From assembly GCA_963737265.1 (NCBI GenBank), contig CAVTRY010000016.1, forward strand, positions 64,001-128,000: a stretch of DNA of 64,000 nt. The letters are read 5' to 3'. The translations under genes and the position numbers were made by a program. This document shows positions 50,219 to 59,918 of the stretch, in pieces. Below the pieces are notes generated by a model. The model saw only the letters and a program-made list of their open reading frames with translations, ran no database searches and had not been told where the DNA came from. This DNA is from an uncultured delta proteobacterium. GTDB taxonomy: Bacteria; Myxococcota_A; Polyangia; Fen-1088. How positions within the stretch are numbered: position 1 is the stretch's first letter; each line of letters opens with the position of its first letter.

Positions 50219-50620
50219 TCACCGAGCTCGCGTCCCCATGAGCCGATTGAGCCTCGGAGCCGCGAAAACCGCCACGCCAGCCAGAGCCACCCCGGCAGCG
50301 ACGTCGGTCACATAATGCATGCGCAGGTAGATCGTCGAAACGTAGAGGCCAAGTCCGACGGGGAGCATCACCAGGAAGACCGCCCGCCGAAACCGGTAAG
50401 CGAAGACGAGCGCCACGGTCATGTGAGCCGCGTGCAGTGAAGGGAAACAATCGCGCGCGACCCCGCGGAAGTCGTCGACAGCCTTGAGGAATACCGGGGA
50501 ATATCCGCCGCCCGGAAGGCGCGTCGGGAAGAGGTCGGCTTGGAAGACGTACGGGCCAACCGCAGGCACGAGCAGGTATCCAACGAAACCGAGGACCGCC
50601 GTGAGAGAGCCCGCCGCGGC
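50219..50620 (-). CDS. PAP2-family (Aur1/IPC-synthase-like) membrane protein; 5' part missing at the junction
   Basis: GYLLVPAVGP, DCFPSLH, STIYLRMHYVTD. Confidence 0.85.
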   Translation of the reverse strand, partial: AAAGSLTAVLGFVGYLLVPAVGPYVFQADLFPTRLPGGGYSPVFLKAVDDFRGVARDCFPSLHAAHMTVALVFAYRFRRAVFLVMLPVGLGLYVSTIYLRMHYVTDVAAGVALAGVAVFAAPRLNRLMGTRAR

Positions 50621-51942
50621 GGCAAATTTTCCGCCAGGAGCGACGCATATTGAGAGAGCGTGTTGTCATTGACGCGCACGGACTTGCGGCGTGTTTTTGT
50701 AAACCAGCCCCGTGACGGCCAATGCCGCCAGGACAAACACGCCGGCGACAATGAAGGGATTCAAAAATTGAAGCGGCGACGGCGGCGGCGGCGGTTGCGA
50801 GCGGTTGAAGGCCTTTTTGCCAAACACCAGCAGAAAATATCCGCTGTAGTAACCCACGCTCAACGCGATGAGATAGTAAAACGTCAGTCCAAAACCTTTT
50901 TCGCGGGGGCTGAATGGCGGATCAAACATCAGCCAAACGCAGATCAAAAAGAATGATCGCATGCACCACGTGAAACATGAAACTCGCCAGCGCCATGCCC
51001 ATCCGGCTGCTGTCGCCAAAGGACGACTGCCAGCGAATGGCCAGCACGAACAACGGCATCAGGTAAGCCAGTAACAACAACAAGCATCTCAAAATATTGT
51101 TGCGGGTGAATGCACGAGAGAAAATAAAACTTCAGCACGTTATACTGCGGAGCCAGGCTGGATTTCAACGCCAGCCACCAGAACGCACCCGGTATTTTGC
51201 CGGAAACCACCGCCCACGTCGGCAGCAGCAAGGCCAGCGACATCCCCGCCAGACCGCACAACACCATCCATTGGAGAAAACGCAGATTGAAAAAGTTCAG
51301 CCCGCGAATCCAGATGATCGCGGCAATGAACACCGGCAAAAATCCCACCATCGCCCAGTTCTCCGCCATCCCCGCGCCATAGACGGCCGCGGCCAGATAC
51401 AAACGCCCCGCCCGTTCATCCAGCCGGTATTCCAGCAACAACCAGATCACGAATGCGAACAGCAACAGGTCAAACATTTCACCCGTGAAATTCGTCGCGT
51501 GCTCCCAGAACGTCAGTTGCAGACCGCAAACCGCCACCGCCAGAACCGGCGGCAGCCACGCGCTGCCAATCGTCAGAAATGAAAAATCGCTGCGCTCGCG
51601 CCGGCGTTGCGCGTCCGTGCGGTCGTGCGGCAGCAACGCGACCGAACGCGCCAGCAAGCCGAGCGTCACCGCCGCGCACACGGCGGAAAAAACATTCAAC
51701 GCGATGGGAACCTGCGCCGCCGGCAGCCAGCGGAAGGGATAGGTGACGAGAAACAGAAGCGGATTGACCAGTTCCGGCTGCCACGTCCAGCCGGAAATTT
51801 TGGCCACCGCCTCCAGGTTGGGCAGCGACACCCAGCGGTTCAGGGTAAACCCATAAACCGCCAGCGCCGCCGCCGCCAGCAGCCAGGGCAGAAAGCGCGG
51901 AACAAAATTCTTCCGCGGATCAATGCGTGTTTCCGTCGTCAT
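50621..51942 (-). pseudogene. DUF2723-like membrane protein with two frameshifts (about 51075 and 50950), 3' end cut at the junction
   Basis: NVFSAVCAA, TFWEHAT, YGAGMAENW. The reading continues LLAYLMPLFVLAIRW..FGD, then ICVWLMFDPPFSPR, in shifted frames. Confidence 0.6.
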
Positions 51943-53209
51943 TGGGCTGGCCCAGTTGAACCCATGTTTTGCCGCTTGGCAAGACTACTTTGCCCGGCGC
52001 GCACGTCCGCCACGCATTCCACGTGCTGTGTTTGCGGAAACATGTCCAGCGGCGTGACGCGCCTTAATTCAAAGACACCGTCGCCGCATAAAATGTTCAA
52101 GTCCCGCGCCATCGTCGCCGGATGGCACGAGACATAAACAATTTGCGCCGGCTTCATTTCACGCAGGAATTGCAGCGTCCGCGGCAGACAACCCTTGCGC
52201 GGCGGGTCAAGAATGACCGCCGTCGTTTGCGGCGGAAAGCGCTTCAGCATCTCCGGCAAAACCTCCTCGACGGTCGCGGCGATGAACCGGCCGTTGCCGA
52301 CGTTGCGCGCCGCCGCGTTGCGCCGCGCCGATTGGATGGCGCGCTGGTCGTATTCAACCCCGACAAACGATTCAACCGCGTCCGCCAGTTCGATGCTGAA
52401 AAACCCGACGCCGCAATACAAATCCACCAGATGCCGCGCGCCGCCCGCGCGCAAAAATTCGCGGACGGTTTCAACCAGCTTCGGCAGCAGGAAAAAATTG
52501 TTCTGGAAAAACGAGTCCGGCGGCACGTCCCAGTTTTCCGGCGGAATCCGCAGCACGACCTTGATGCCGCCCTTCGGCGGCGGGTTTTGGCGGACGCGCC
52601 GGATTTCCTGATTGAGCGCCGGCTCGGCGATTTTGCATTCCTCGATGTCTTCGACCAGACCGCAGTCCCAGCGCACGAAGCCGATGTTCAGTTTTTGCTC
52701 CGGCTTGTTCCACTGGCTGCGGATCATGATGCGATTGCGGTAACCATACGGTTGCGGACAGGGCACGACCGGCCCGACCAGGTCGGGGGGAAATTTGCCG
52801 ACGCGCTCGAACAGATCGGCGATTTGCTTTTGTTTGAGCCGCAACTGCGCCGCGTACTCCACGTGCTGATACTGGCAGCCGCCGCACGCGCCAAAGTAGC
52901 GGCAGGCCGGTTCGACGCGTTCCGGTGACGGTTGCACGACGCGCAACAGCCTGGCGCGGGCAAAATTTTTTTTCACCTCCCTGATTTCCACGGCGACGAC
53001 TTCGCCCACCAGCACAAACGGCACGAACACAACAAAGGAGTCGAGAGTCGAAAGTCGAGGGTCGAGGGCGCTGGCGCCAGTCGGGAGAAGGTTCTGCCTT
53101 CGACTCCCGACTCTCGTCGCTCGGCACACTTGACGCGCCCGACGCCTTCGCCGCCGAACGCGATGTCGTGAATCGTCAAGGTGAACTGGTCGCCGATTTT
53201 GAGGGGCAC
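51939..53209 (-). CDS. rlmD: TRAM-domain RNA m5U methyltransferase (RlmD/TrmA family), frameshifted by an inserted repeat near the 5' end
   Basis: DIAFGGEGVGR, C..FG.CGGCQYQH, FFQNN, DLYCGVG, DPPRKG, YVSC, DMFPQT.HVE. Confidence 0.88.
53039..53116. repeat. Heptamer-repeat inverted element inside rlmD
   Basis: AGTCGAG-AGTCGAA-AGTCGAG-GGTCGAG arm and complementary TCGACTCCCGACTCTCG arm. Confidence 0.75.
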
Positions 53210-53311
53210 GCGGAGAGATTAGGTGACCGGTGACCGGTGACAAGCGGCAAGAGAAAATAAACCCGCGTCAAAATTCAAAATTCGTCGCCCGTCGCCCGCC
53301 GTCATTCTTTT

Positions 53312-53510
53312 TCAGCCGGCGGGCTTGCTTTTTTCCGCGATGGCTTGGGAGAAGATGGCGAGCACTTCGGCGCGGGACACGGACCCGACGAGCCGTTTTT
53401 CCTCCGGGCTGTTGACCACGGGCACGTTGCGCAGTTCGTTTTCCAGCACGATCGGCAGCGCGTCGAGCAACCGTTGGCCGGGCGTGAGGAATTTTGGCGG
53501 CGGCCGCATC
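53312..53510 (-). CDS. C-terminal CBS-domain fragment (possibly of a ClC channel), 5' end cut at the junction
   Basis: MRPPP..LTPGQRLLDAL..NVPVVN..RLVGSV. Confidence 0.6.
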
Positions 53511-55252
53511 GCCGCATCGTGAAAGAGGTGCAAGGCGAAGACACCGTGGAAAGCGCCTTCGACCTGCTCGGCCTGCGCAGCCGCATGAAGACCAGCAAGG
53601 GGCACGTGCTGGAGATCGAGCGCAACCTCGTCGGCGACGTAGTGGGCATGAAGGCCGGCGGCGGCCCGGTTGCACCAGGTAGCGCGCCCGCCGCGCAGGC
53701 CGCCCTGCCACCCTGGGAAGCCCGCTTCACCCGCGATCAGCTTGGTCTAGAGGTCGAGCGCACCTTGCCCGGCGGCGTGCGAGCCCGCTGGGAGCGCGAC
53801 AGCGTCGGCCGCCCCGTCAAGCACGAGATCTGGTCTGGCACCACGATGGTGTCCGCCCAGTCCTACACCTGGGAGCCCAACGACCGTCTCAAGATGATCA
53901 TCGATGCCCTCAAGGGCCCCGTGCAGTACCGCCACGACGGCCTGGGCAACCTGATCGGCGCAGCCTACGCCGACGACAAGATCGACCTGCGCATGCCCGA
54001 CGCCGTCGGCAACCTGTTCAAGACCACCGACAAGAAAGACCGCAAGTACGGCCCCGCCGGCCAACTGCTGGAATCGCGCGGCCCCGACGGCGTCACGAAG
54101 TACGAGTACGACCCCGAAGGCAACCTAGCCAAGAAGATCCTGCCCGACGGCGGCGAGTGGAAATACGAGTGGAGCGGCGCCGGCATGCTGGCCAAGGTCA
54201 TCCGCCCCGACGGCAAGACGGTAGAATTCGGCTACGACGCCCTCGGCCGCCGGGTCTGGAAGAAATACGGCGCCAAGACCACCAAGTGGATCTGGGACGG
54301 CAACGTCCCCGTGCACGAATGGGTCGAGGTGGATCCGTCCGTGGAAGCCCCGCCGTCGCAGCAAGAAGCCGTGGAATGGGAAACCGGGCTGACCGCCCGC
54401 AAATTCATGCTGACCAAGCGCTTCGCGCAAGGTCCCCCCTTGTCCGATCCCCTCTCCCACTGGGAGAGGGCTAGGGTGAGGGAAAATGCGACGGGAACAG
54501 CCGCCGCCCCCATCACCTGGGTTTTCGAGCCCGAGTCTTTCGCCCCCCTCGCCAAACTGACCGCCACCGAGCGCTTCGGCATCGTCACCGACCACCTCGG
54601 CACACCCACCGCGATGATCGACGAGCGGGGGAAGACGGTGTGGGGTGCGGACATCGGTGTGTACGGCGACTTGCGAAACGTCGTCGGTGAGAAGGCGGCG
54701 TGTCCGTTTAGGTGGCCCGGGCAGTACGAGGACGAAGAGACGGGGCTGTATTACAACCGGTTCCGGTATTACGACCCGGGGGCAGGGGAGTATGCCAGCC
54801 AGGATCCGATTGGGTTGCGCGGAGGATTTCACTTCGCATCGTATGCGAACGATCCTCTGACGCTCACGGACCCATTGGGTCTGAGCTGCTTGCCACCTGA
54901 TCCTGAGGTTGCCGATGCAATTGCATCGGGACGCCCCATCGTCGTGGTTGGCAGACGCATGTCACGCGTTGATCCCGTTCGCGATGCACTTCGCGCGGCA
55001 GGTGCAAACGTGGAGACATATGAGCCCCGCATTTTCCGTTCCACACCGGCCGCGGTCAATCCGAAGGACGTCAAGGCAAATCGACAATGGATAAGGTATT
55101 GGGCCAAGGACAAGAAGGCGCTTGTCGTTGATATAGGCCATGATCCGAAAGCTCCAGCCGACTCCTCACCGTTCTACGACGTCGAACGGCGAAGCTTGTA
55201 CAACAACTGGAAGGGTGATGTTGACGTTGTTCAATTCGATCCAGGGTTCTGA
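53511..55252 (+). CDS. Rhs protein copy 1 (5'-truncated) with C-terminal toxin domain
   Basis: YD repeats, RWPGQYEDEETGLYYNRFRYYDP, DPIGL..DPLGL, then an approximately 110-aa lower-GC tip. Confidence 0.92.
54449..54482. repeat. BoxC-like palindromic element in frame within the Rhs core (second copy at 58492-58525)
   Basis: CCCCTCTCCCACTGGGAGAGGGCTAGGGTGAGGG; 10-bp inverted repeat. Confidence 0.7.
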
Positions 55253-55254
55253 AC

Positions 55255-55761
55255 ATGAGCGATGATATGCTGACCCAGATCAAGAGGCGCTTCGGTGACT
55301 CTGTCGAGTCAAGTTTCTCCTTTCTCGAAACTGACTTTGCTTTCTCCAAGTGCGGGCTTCAAGAGCTTGACCTCTCTGACATACGCGATGCCACCCTACA
55401 CTGCCGCTTTCTTCTCGCGACGATTCAAATTGAGGTGAGATTGGGCCTCGCCATCCTTCAGCCGGGCGTGTACATTCGGCAATTTCGACACTCAGCTGAA
55501 TGCTCCGTGGATGCGGCAACTACAGTGATTGTACTGGAGCAGTTTGCGCTATCCCGTCGGCTCATTCTGAAGCCACCTCTGCCATGGATGCACACATTGA
55601 CCTTCTATGATGAGGCTGCAAAGTCCTATCGACGCTTCGCCAAGAACATGTCTTTGCACCTTGAGGAGGCAGTTCGGTATCTCGGAGGGTTACTTTTTGC
55701 CCTAACCCCTGAGCTTCTGGCAGAGCTGCACGTGGTTCTGACCAAGGGCAGTTCGCGTTGA
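55255..55761 (+). CDS. Putative immunity protein 1
   Basis: Starts 2 bp after the toxin stop; lower GC; homologous to 55926-56399 and 59301-59771. Confidence 0.75.
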   Translation: MSDDMLTQIKRRFGDSVESSFSFLETDFAFSKCGLQELDLSDIRDATLHCRFLLATIQIEVRLGLAILQPGVYIRQFRHSAECSVDAATTVIVLEQFALSRRLILKPPLPWMHTLTFYDEAAKSYRRFAKNMSLHLEEAVRYLGGLLFALTPELLAELHVVLTKGSSR

Positions 55762-55785
55762 CACCACCATTCGCGCGCCGCATGA

Positions 55786-55923
55786 GGAGCACTGGTTGTT
55801 GACATCGGCGACAATCCCAATCCGAAGGTAGGCCCATCTCCATTCTACGACCTAGAAAAGCGCAGCCTCTACAACAACTGGGCGGGAGATGCGGACGTAG
55901 TAAAGCATGATCCAGGCTTTTAG
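55786..55923 (+). pseudogene. Orphan toxin-tip fragment
   Basis: GALVVDIGDNPNPKVGPSPFYDLEKRSLYNNWAGDADVVKHDPGF*, homologous to both Rhs tips; no start codon. Confidence 0.85.
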
Positions 55924-55925
55924 AG

Positions 55926-56399
55926 ATGAAATCGACATCATCAGTAGACTTGGCGCCGCTACGCAAAAGGTTTTCCAGTTCAATCGAGAACCACTTCCGA
56001 CCCGCACTCGAACGGATTGGGTATTGCTACTGTGGAATCTCTATTGTGGATGCGGATGACCCGCGAGAGACAGGCCTAGTAGCGCGATTCATTCGCGGGC
56101 AGATTGCCATCACCGTTGGCATTCATTCCGTGGCCCTAACAGTATTGGTGGCAAGGAACGAGTACCCCGCAGCTGCCACCTGCGACGAATCCCAGCCACC
56201 GATTCGAGTCATTTCGCTCGAAAGCATCGCCAGCCCTGCGCCCGCAAAGGTTATCTTTCCAAGTTGGTTGCGGCACAGGTCCTTGTCCGAAGAGGCGATG
56301 GCCTCTTTCGCGAGGTTCTGGCGAAAAATGGACAGTCATTTCGATGAAGCCTTTGAGTACCTGGCCAAGCGAGCATGTCAAACGCCCGACTTCCTATGA
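55926..56399 (+). CDS. Putative immunity protein 2
   Basis: Starts 2 bp after the orphan tip; LRKRF..IE.HF..CGI..RE..RFIR..EEA.ASF.RF..M..HFDEAF.YL. Confidence 0.78.
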   Translation: MKSTSSVDLAPLRKRFSSSIENHFRPALERIGYCYCGISIVDADDPRETGLVARFIRGQIAITVGIHSVALTVLVARNEYPAAATCDESQPPIRVISLESIASPAPAKVIFPSWLRHRSLSEEAMASFARFWRKMDSHFDEAFEYLAKRACQTPDFL

Positions 56400-56405
56400 T
56401 TTCCC

Positions 56406-56637
56406 CTGGGGTGGTGCCGACCGAAGGTAATTTCTGTCGCCACCGCTGTCCGGAAACCGCGCGTGGGTGGTGTGCGTGGGTGGTGCGGGTGGTGCGCTTG
56501 GGTGGTGCGCTTGGGTGGTGCCAGAGTTTTCCTGGTGAACATCTCCCCGCGCTTGGGTGGTTCCAGAGTTTTCCTGGTGAACATCCCAACATCCCCGACC
56601 GAAGGTAATTTCTGTCGCCACCGCTGTCCGGAAACCG
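56406..56637. repeat. REP-like/transposon-end repeat cluster 1
   Basis: 43-bp direct repeat at 56417-56459 and 56595-56637; 36-bp unit at 56508 and 56550; about 7 GGGTGGT motifs. Confidence 0.85.
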
Positions 56638-56670
56638 GACAATCTCGGCGTCATGAAGTAGCATTTCGCC

Positions 56671-59289
56671 GTGCCACTGGCGACTTCCGCGTTCCTGCTG
56701 CTCTTGACGTCGAGCGGTGTTGCCCTGGCATGCCCCGAGAACGCGGGGACTGTGCCCGCGCCCGAGGCCGAGGCCTTCGTCGAGTACATCCGCTACGACT
56801 ACTCGCCCGAGGGCGACCTGGTCGCCACCACCGATGTCCTTGGGCGCGCCGCCAGCCTCAGCGCGGCCAAGCGCATGGTCGGCTTCACCGACCCGGCCAG
56901 CGGACAGACGACGCTGGAATACGACCGCCAGGGGTTGCTGGTCGGGATGCGCATGCCGAACGGGGCGCAGACGCGCTGGCGCTACGACCGCCTCGGCCGC
57001 TGCATCGAGGCCATCGACACCAAGGGCAACCGCGAGCGGCGCGAATTCGATCTGGCCGGCCACATCCTGCGCGTCGACGTCCCCGACGGCAACGTGCGCA
57101 AGCTCGGCTACGATGCCGAAGGCAACGTGGTGGCGGTCAAGGACCAGCACTACGACGTGAGGTTCGCCTACCAGGGCATGGGCCGCCTGGCCTCGCGCAC
57201 GCAAGAAGGCACCACGGTCGCGTTCGAGTACGACAGCGAAGAATCATTGGTGGCCATCCACAACGAAGCCGGCGCCGTGTACCGCTTCACCCTGGACAAG
57301 GCCGGCAACGTCAAGGAAGAGAGCGGCTTCGACGGACTTCTGCGCAAATACGGCCGCGACAAGGCCGGCCGCGTGCTGACCGTCGAGCGGCCCGACGAGC
57401 GCGCGACTGAGTACAGCTACGACACCGGCGGCCGCGTGGTCGCGGTCAAGTACAGCGACGGCACAGGTGAAGAGTACGGCTACCGCCCCGACGGTGCCTT
57501 GATGGCGGCGATCAATGCCGCCGCCGCGGTCAAATTCGAGCGCGATGCCCTGGGCCGCATCGTGAAGGAAGTTCAAGGCGAAGACACCGTGGAAAGCGCC
57601 TTCGACCTGCTCGGCCTGCGCAGCCGCATGAAGACCAGCAAGGGGCACGTGCTGGAGATCGCGCGCAACCTCGTCGGCGACGTAGTGGGCATGAAGGCCG
57701 GCGGCGGCCCGTTGGCACCAGGTAGCGCGTCCGCCGCGCAGGCCGCCCTGCCGCCTTGGGAAGCCCGCTTCACCCGCGATCAGCTTGGTCTAGAGGTCGA
57801 GCGCACCTTGCCCGGCGGCGTGCGAGCCCGCTGGGAGCGCGACAGCGTCGGCCGCCCCGTCAAGCACGAGATCTGGTCCGGCACCACGATAGTGTCCGCC
57901 CAGTCCTACACCTGGGAGCCGAACGACCGCCTCAAGATGATCGTCGACGCCCTGCGCGGCCCCGTGCAGTACCGCCACGACGGCCTGGGCAACCTGATCG
58001 GTGCGGCCTACGCCGACGACAAGATCGACCTGCGCATGCCCGACGCCGTCGGCAACCTGTTCAAGACCACCGACAAGAAAGACCGCAAGTACGGCCCCGC
58101 CGGCCAGCTATCGGAATCGCGCGGCCCCGACGGCGTCACGAAGTACGAATACGACCCCGAAGGCAACCTAGCCAAGAAGATCCTGCCCGACGGCGGCGAG
58201 TGGAAATACGAGTGGAGCGGCGCCGGCATGCTGGCCAAGGTCATCCGCCCCGACGGCAAGACGGTAGAATTCGGCTACGACGCCCTCGGCCGCCGGGTCT
58301 GGAAGAAATACGGCGCCAAGACCACCAAGTGGATCTGGGACGGCAACGTCCCCGTGCATGAATGGGTCGAGGTGGATCCGTCCGTGGCAGCTCCGCCATC
58401 GCAGCAAGAAGCCGTGGAATGGGAAACCGGGCTGACCGCCCGCAAATTCATGCTGACCAAGCGCTTCGCGCAAGGTCCCCCCTTGTCCGATCCCCTCTCC
58501 CACTGGGAGAGGGCTAGGGTGAGGGAAAATGCGACGGGAACAGCCGCCGCCCCCATCACCTGGGTTTTCGAGCCCGAGTCTTTCGCCCCCCTCGCCAAAC
58601 TGACCGCCACCGAGCGCTTCGGCATCGTCACCGACCACCTCGGCACACCCACCGCGATGATCGACGAGCGGGGGAAGACGGTGTGGGGTGCGGACATCGG
58701 TGTGTACGGCGACTTGCGAAACGTCGTCGGTGAGAAGGCGGCGTGTCCGTTTAGGTGGCCCGGGCAGTACGAGGACGAAGAGACGGGGCTGTATTACAAC
58801 CGGTTCCGGTATTACGACCCGGGGGCAGGGGAGTATGCCAGCCAGGATCCGATTGGGTTGCGCGGAGGATTTCACTTCGCATCGTATGCGAACGATCCTC
58901 TGACGCTCACGGACCCATTGGGTCTGAGCTGCTTGCCACCTGATCCTGAGGTTGCCGATGCAATTGCATCGGGACGCCCCATCGTCGTGGTTGGCAGACG
59001 CATGTCACGCGTTGATCCCGTTCGCGATGCACTTCGCGCGGCAGGTGCAAACGTGAAGACATATGAGCCCCGCAATTTCCGTTCCAAGACCTCCTTGGAC
59101 CCGAAGGACGTGGAGGCAAATCGAGAGTGGATCAGGTATTGGTCCAAGAAGAAGGGAGCATTGGTCGTTGACATAGGAAATGATCCCGACCCCACAACCA
59201 CACCGTCGGCATTCTATGAAGTCGAAAAGAGGAGTCTCGGAAGCTGGGCTCCTGATGTCGACGTCGTGAAATTCAATCCGGGATTCTAG
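56671..59289 (+). CDS. Rhs protein copy 2, internally deleted relative to copy 3, with a variant toxin tip
   Basis: Near-identical core to copy 1 at a 4043-bp offset; lacks segments equivalent to about 60870-61753 and 61858-62432. Confidence 0.9.
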   Translation: MPLATSAFLLLLTSSGVALACPENAGTVPAPEAEAFVEYIRYDYSPEGDLVATTDVLGRAASLSAAKRMVGFTDPASGQTTLEYDRQGLLVGMRMPNGAQTRWRYDRLGRCIEAIDTKGNRERREFDLAGHILRVDVPDGNVRKLGYDAEGNVVAVKDQHYDVRFAYQGMGRLASRTQEGTTVAFEYDSEESLVAIHNEAGAVYRFTLDKAGNVKEESGFDGLLRKYGRDKAGRVLTVERPDERATEYSYDTGGRVVAVKYSDGTGEEYGYRPDGALMAAINAAAAVKFERDALGRIVKEVQGEDTVESAFDLLGLRSRMKTSKGHVLEIARNLVGDVVGMKAGGGPLAPGSASAAQAALPPWEARFTRDQLGLEVERTLPGGVRARWERDSVGRPVKHEIWSGTTIVSAQSYTWEPNDRLKMIVDALRGPVQYRHDGLGNLIGAAYADDKIDLRMPDAVGNLFKTTDKKDRKYGPAGQLSESRGPDGVTKYEYDPEGNLAKKILPDGGEWKYEWSGAGMLAKVIRPDGKTVEFGYDALGRRVWKKYGAKTTKWIWDGNVPVHEWVEVDPSVAAPPSQQEAVEWETGLTARKFMLTKRFAQGPPLSDPLSHWERARVRENATGTAAAPITWVFEPESFAPLAKLTATERFGIVTDHLGTPTAMIDERGKTVWGADIGVYGDLRNVVGEKAACPFRWPGQYEDEETGLYYNRFRYYDPGAGEYASQDPIGLRGGFHFASYANDPLTLTDPLGLSCLPPDPEVADAIASGRPIVVVGRRMSRVDPVRDALRAAGANVKTYEPRNFRSKTSLDPKDVEANREWIRYWSKKKGALVVDIGNDPDPTTTPSAFYEVEKRSLGSWAPDVDVVKFNPGF

Positions 59290-59300
59290 GGATGTGATAC

Positions 59301-59771
59301 GTGGGCTCGCCTATGGATGAATTGGAAAAACTGCGCGAAAGGTTCGCAATCGCAATCGAGCGCCATTTCACGCCCATCCTGGTAGGGATGGGATACTCTC
59401 AATGCGGTATCGTTCTCCTAGAGGTAGAAGAAAGGCGCGATACCGCGTTACGAACCCGCTTCATCCGCGACCGCGTCGCCATCGAAGTTGGCATTCTGTG
59501 CGTCGGTTTAACCGTGCGCGTGACGCGCAGTGAGTTTCTCACGCAGGCAACATGCGATTCTCATCAGCGGCCTTTTCGAGGAGTAAGTCTCGAACAAATC
59601 CCATCGGCAGGTACTCAGGCCTCTCGACCCCTTCGATGGATGCGACACCCGACTCTTGAAGAAGAGGCACTTGCATCGTTCACTAGGTTTGAACGAAACA
59701 TGAACGCCCATTTTGATGAGGCGTTTGCCTATCTAGCCGAACGGGCCAAGTCCACGCCCGGATTTCTTTGA
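59301..59771 (+). CDS. Putative immunity protein 3
   Basis: Follows the copy 2 tip; clear homolog of immunity protein 2. Confidence 0.78.
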   Translation: MGSPMDELEKLRERFAIAIERHFTPILVGMGYSQCGIVLLEVEERRDTALRTRFIRDRVAIEVGILCVGLTVRVTRSEFLTQATCDSHQRPFRGVSLEQIPSAGTQASRPLRWMRHPTLEEEALASFTRFERNMNAHFDEAFAYLAERAKSTPGFL

Positions 59772-59813
59772 CCATGGGTCCACTTTCCGTGTCTGAGTCG
59801 ATTCCTATTGCAT

Positions 59814-59918
59814 CCCCAACCGAAGTTGCATTTTGTCGCTTGGGTGGTGCCAGGGTCTTTCTGAAAACGGGACGAACGCTTGGGTGGTGCCAGGGTCTTT
59901 CTGACAACGGGACGAACG
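59814..59918. repeat. REP-like/transposon-end repeat cluster 2
   Basis: 40-bp tandem unit CGCTTGGGTGGTGCCAGGGTCTTTCTGA(A/C)AACGGGACGAA x2, preceded by a variant of the CCGAAG..TGTC motif of cluster 1. Confidence 0.85.

Noticed and set aside
53345-53510. N-terminal part of the ORF-track Rhs ORF 53345-55252
   Set aside because: It is the antisense of the CBS-domain fragment across a junction; similarity to the other Rhs copies starts only at about 53511.
56406-56637. Possible CRISPR array from the 36-43-bp repeats (also 59837-59916)
   Set aside because: Only two copies per unit, no series of unique equal-length spacers, and no cas genes in the window.
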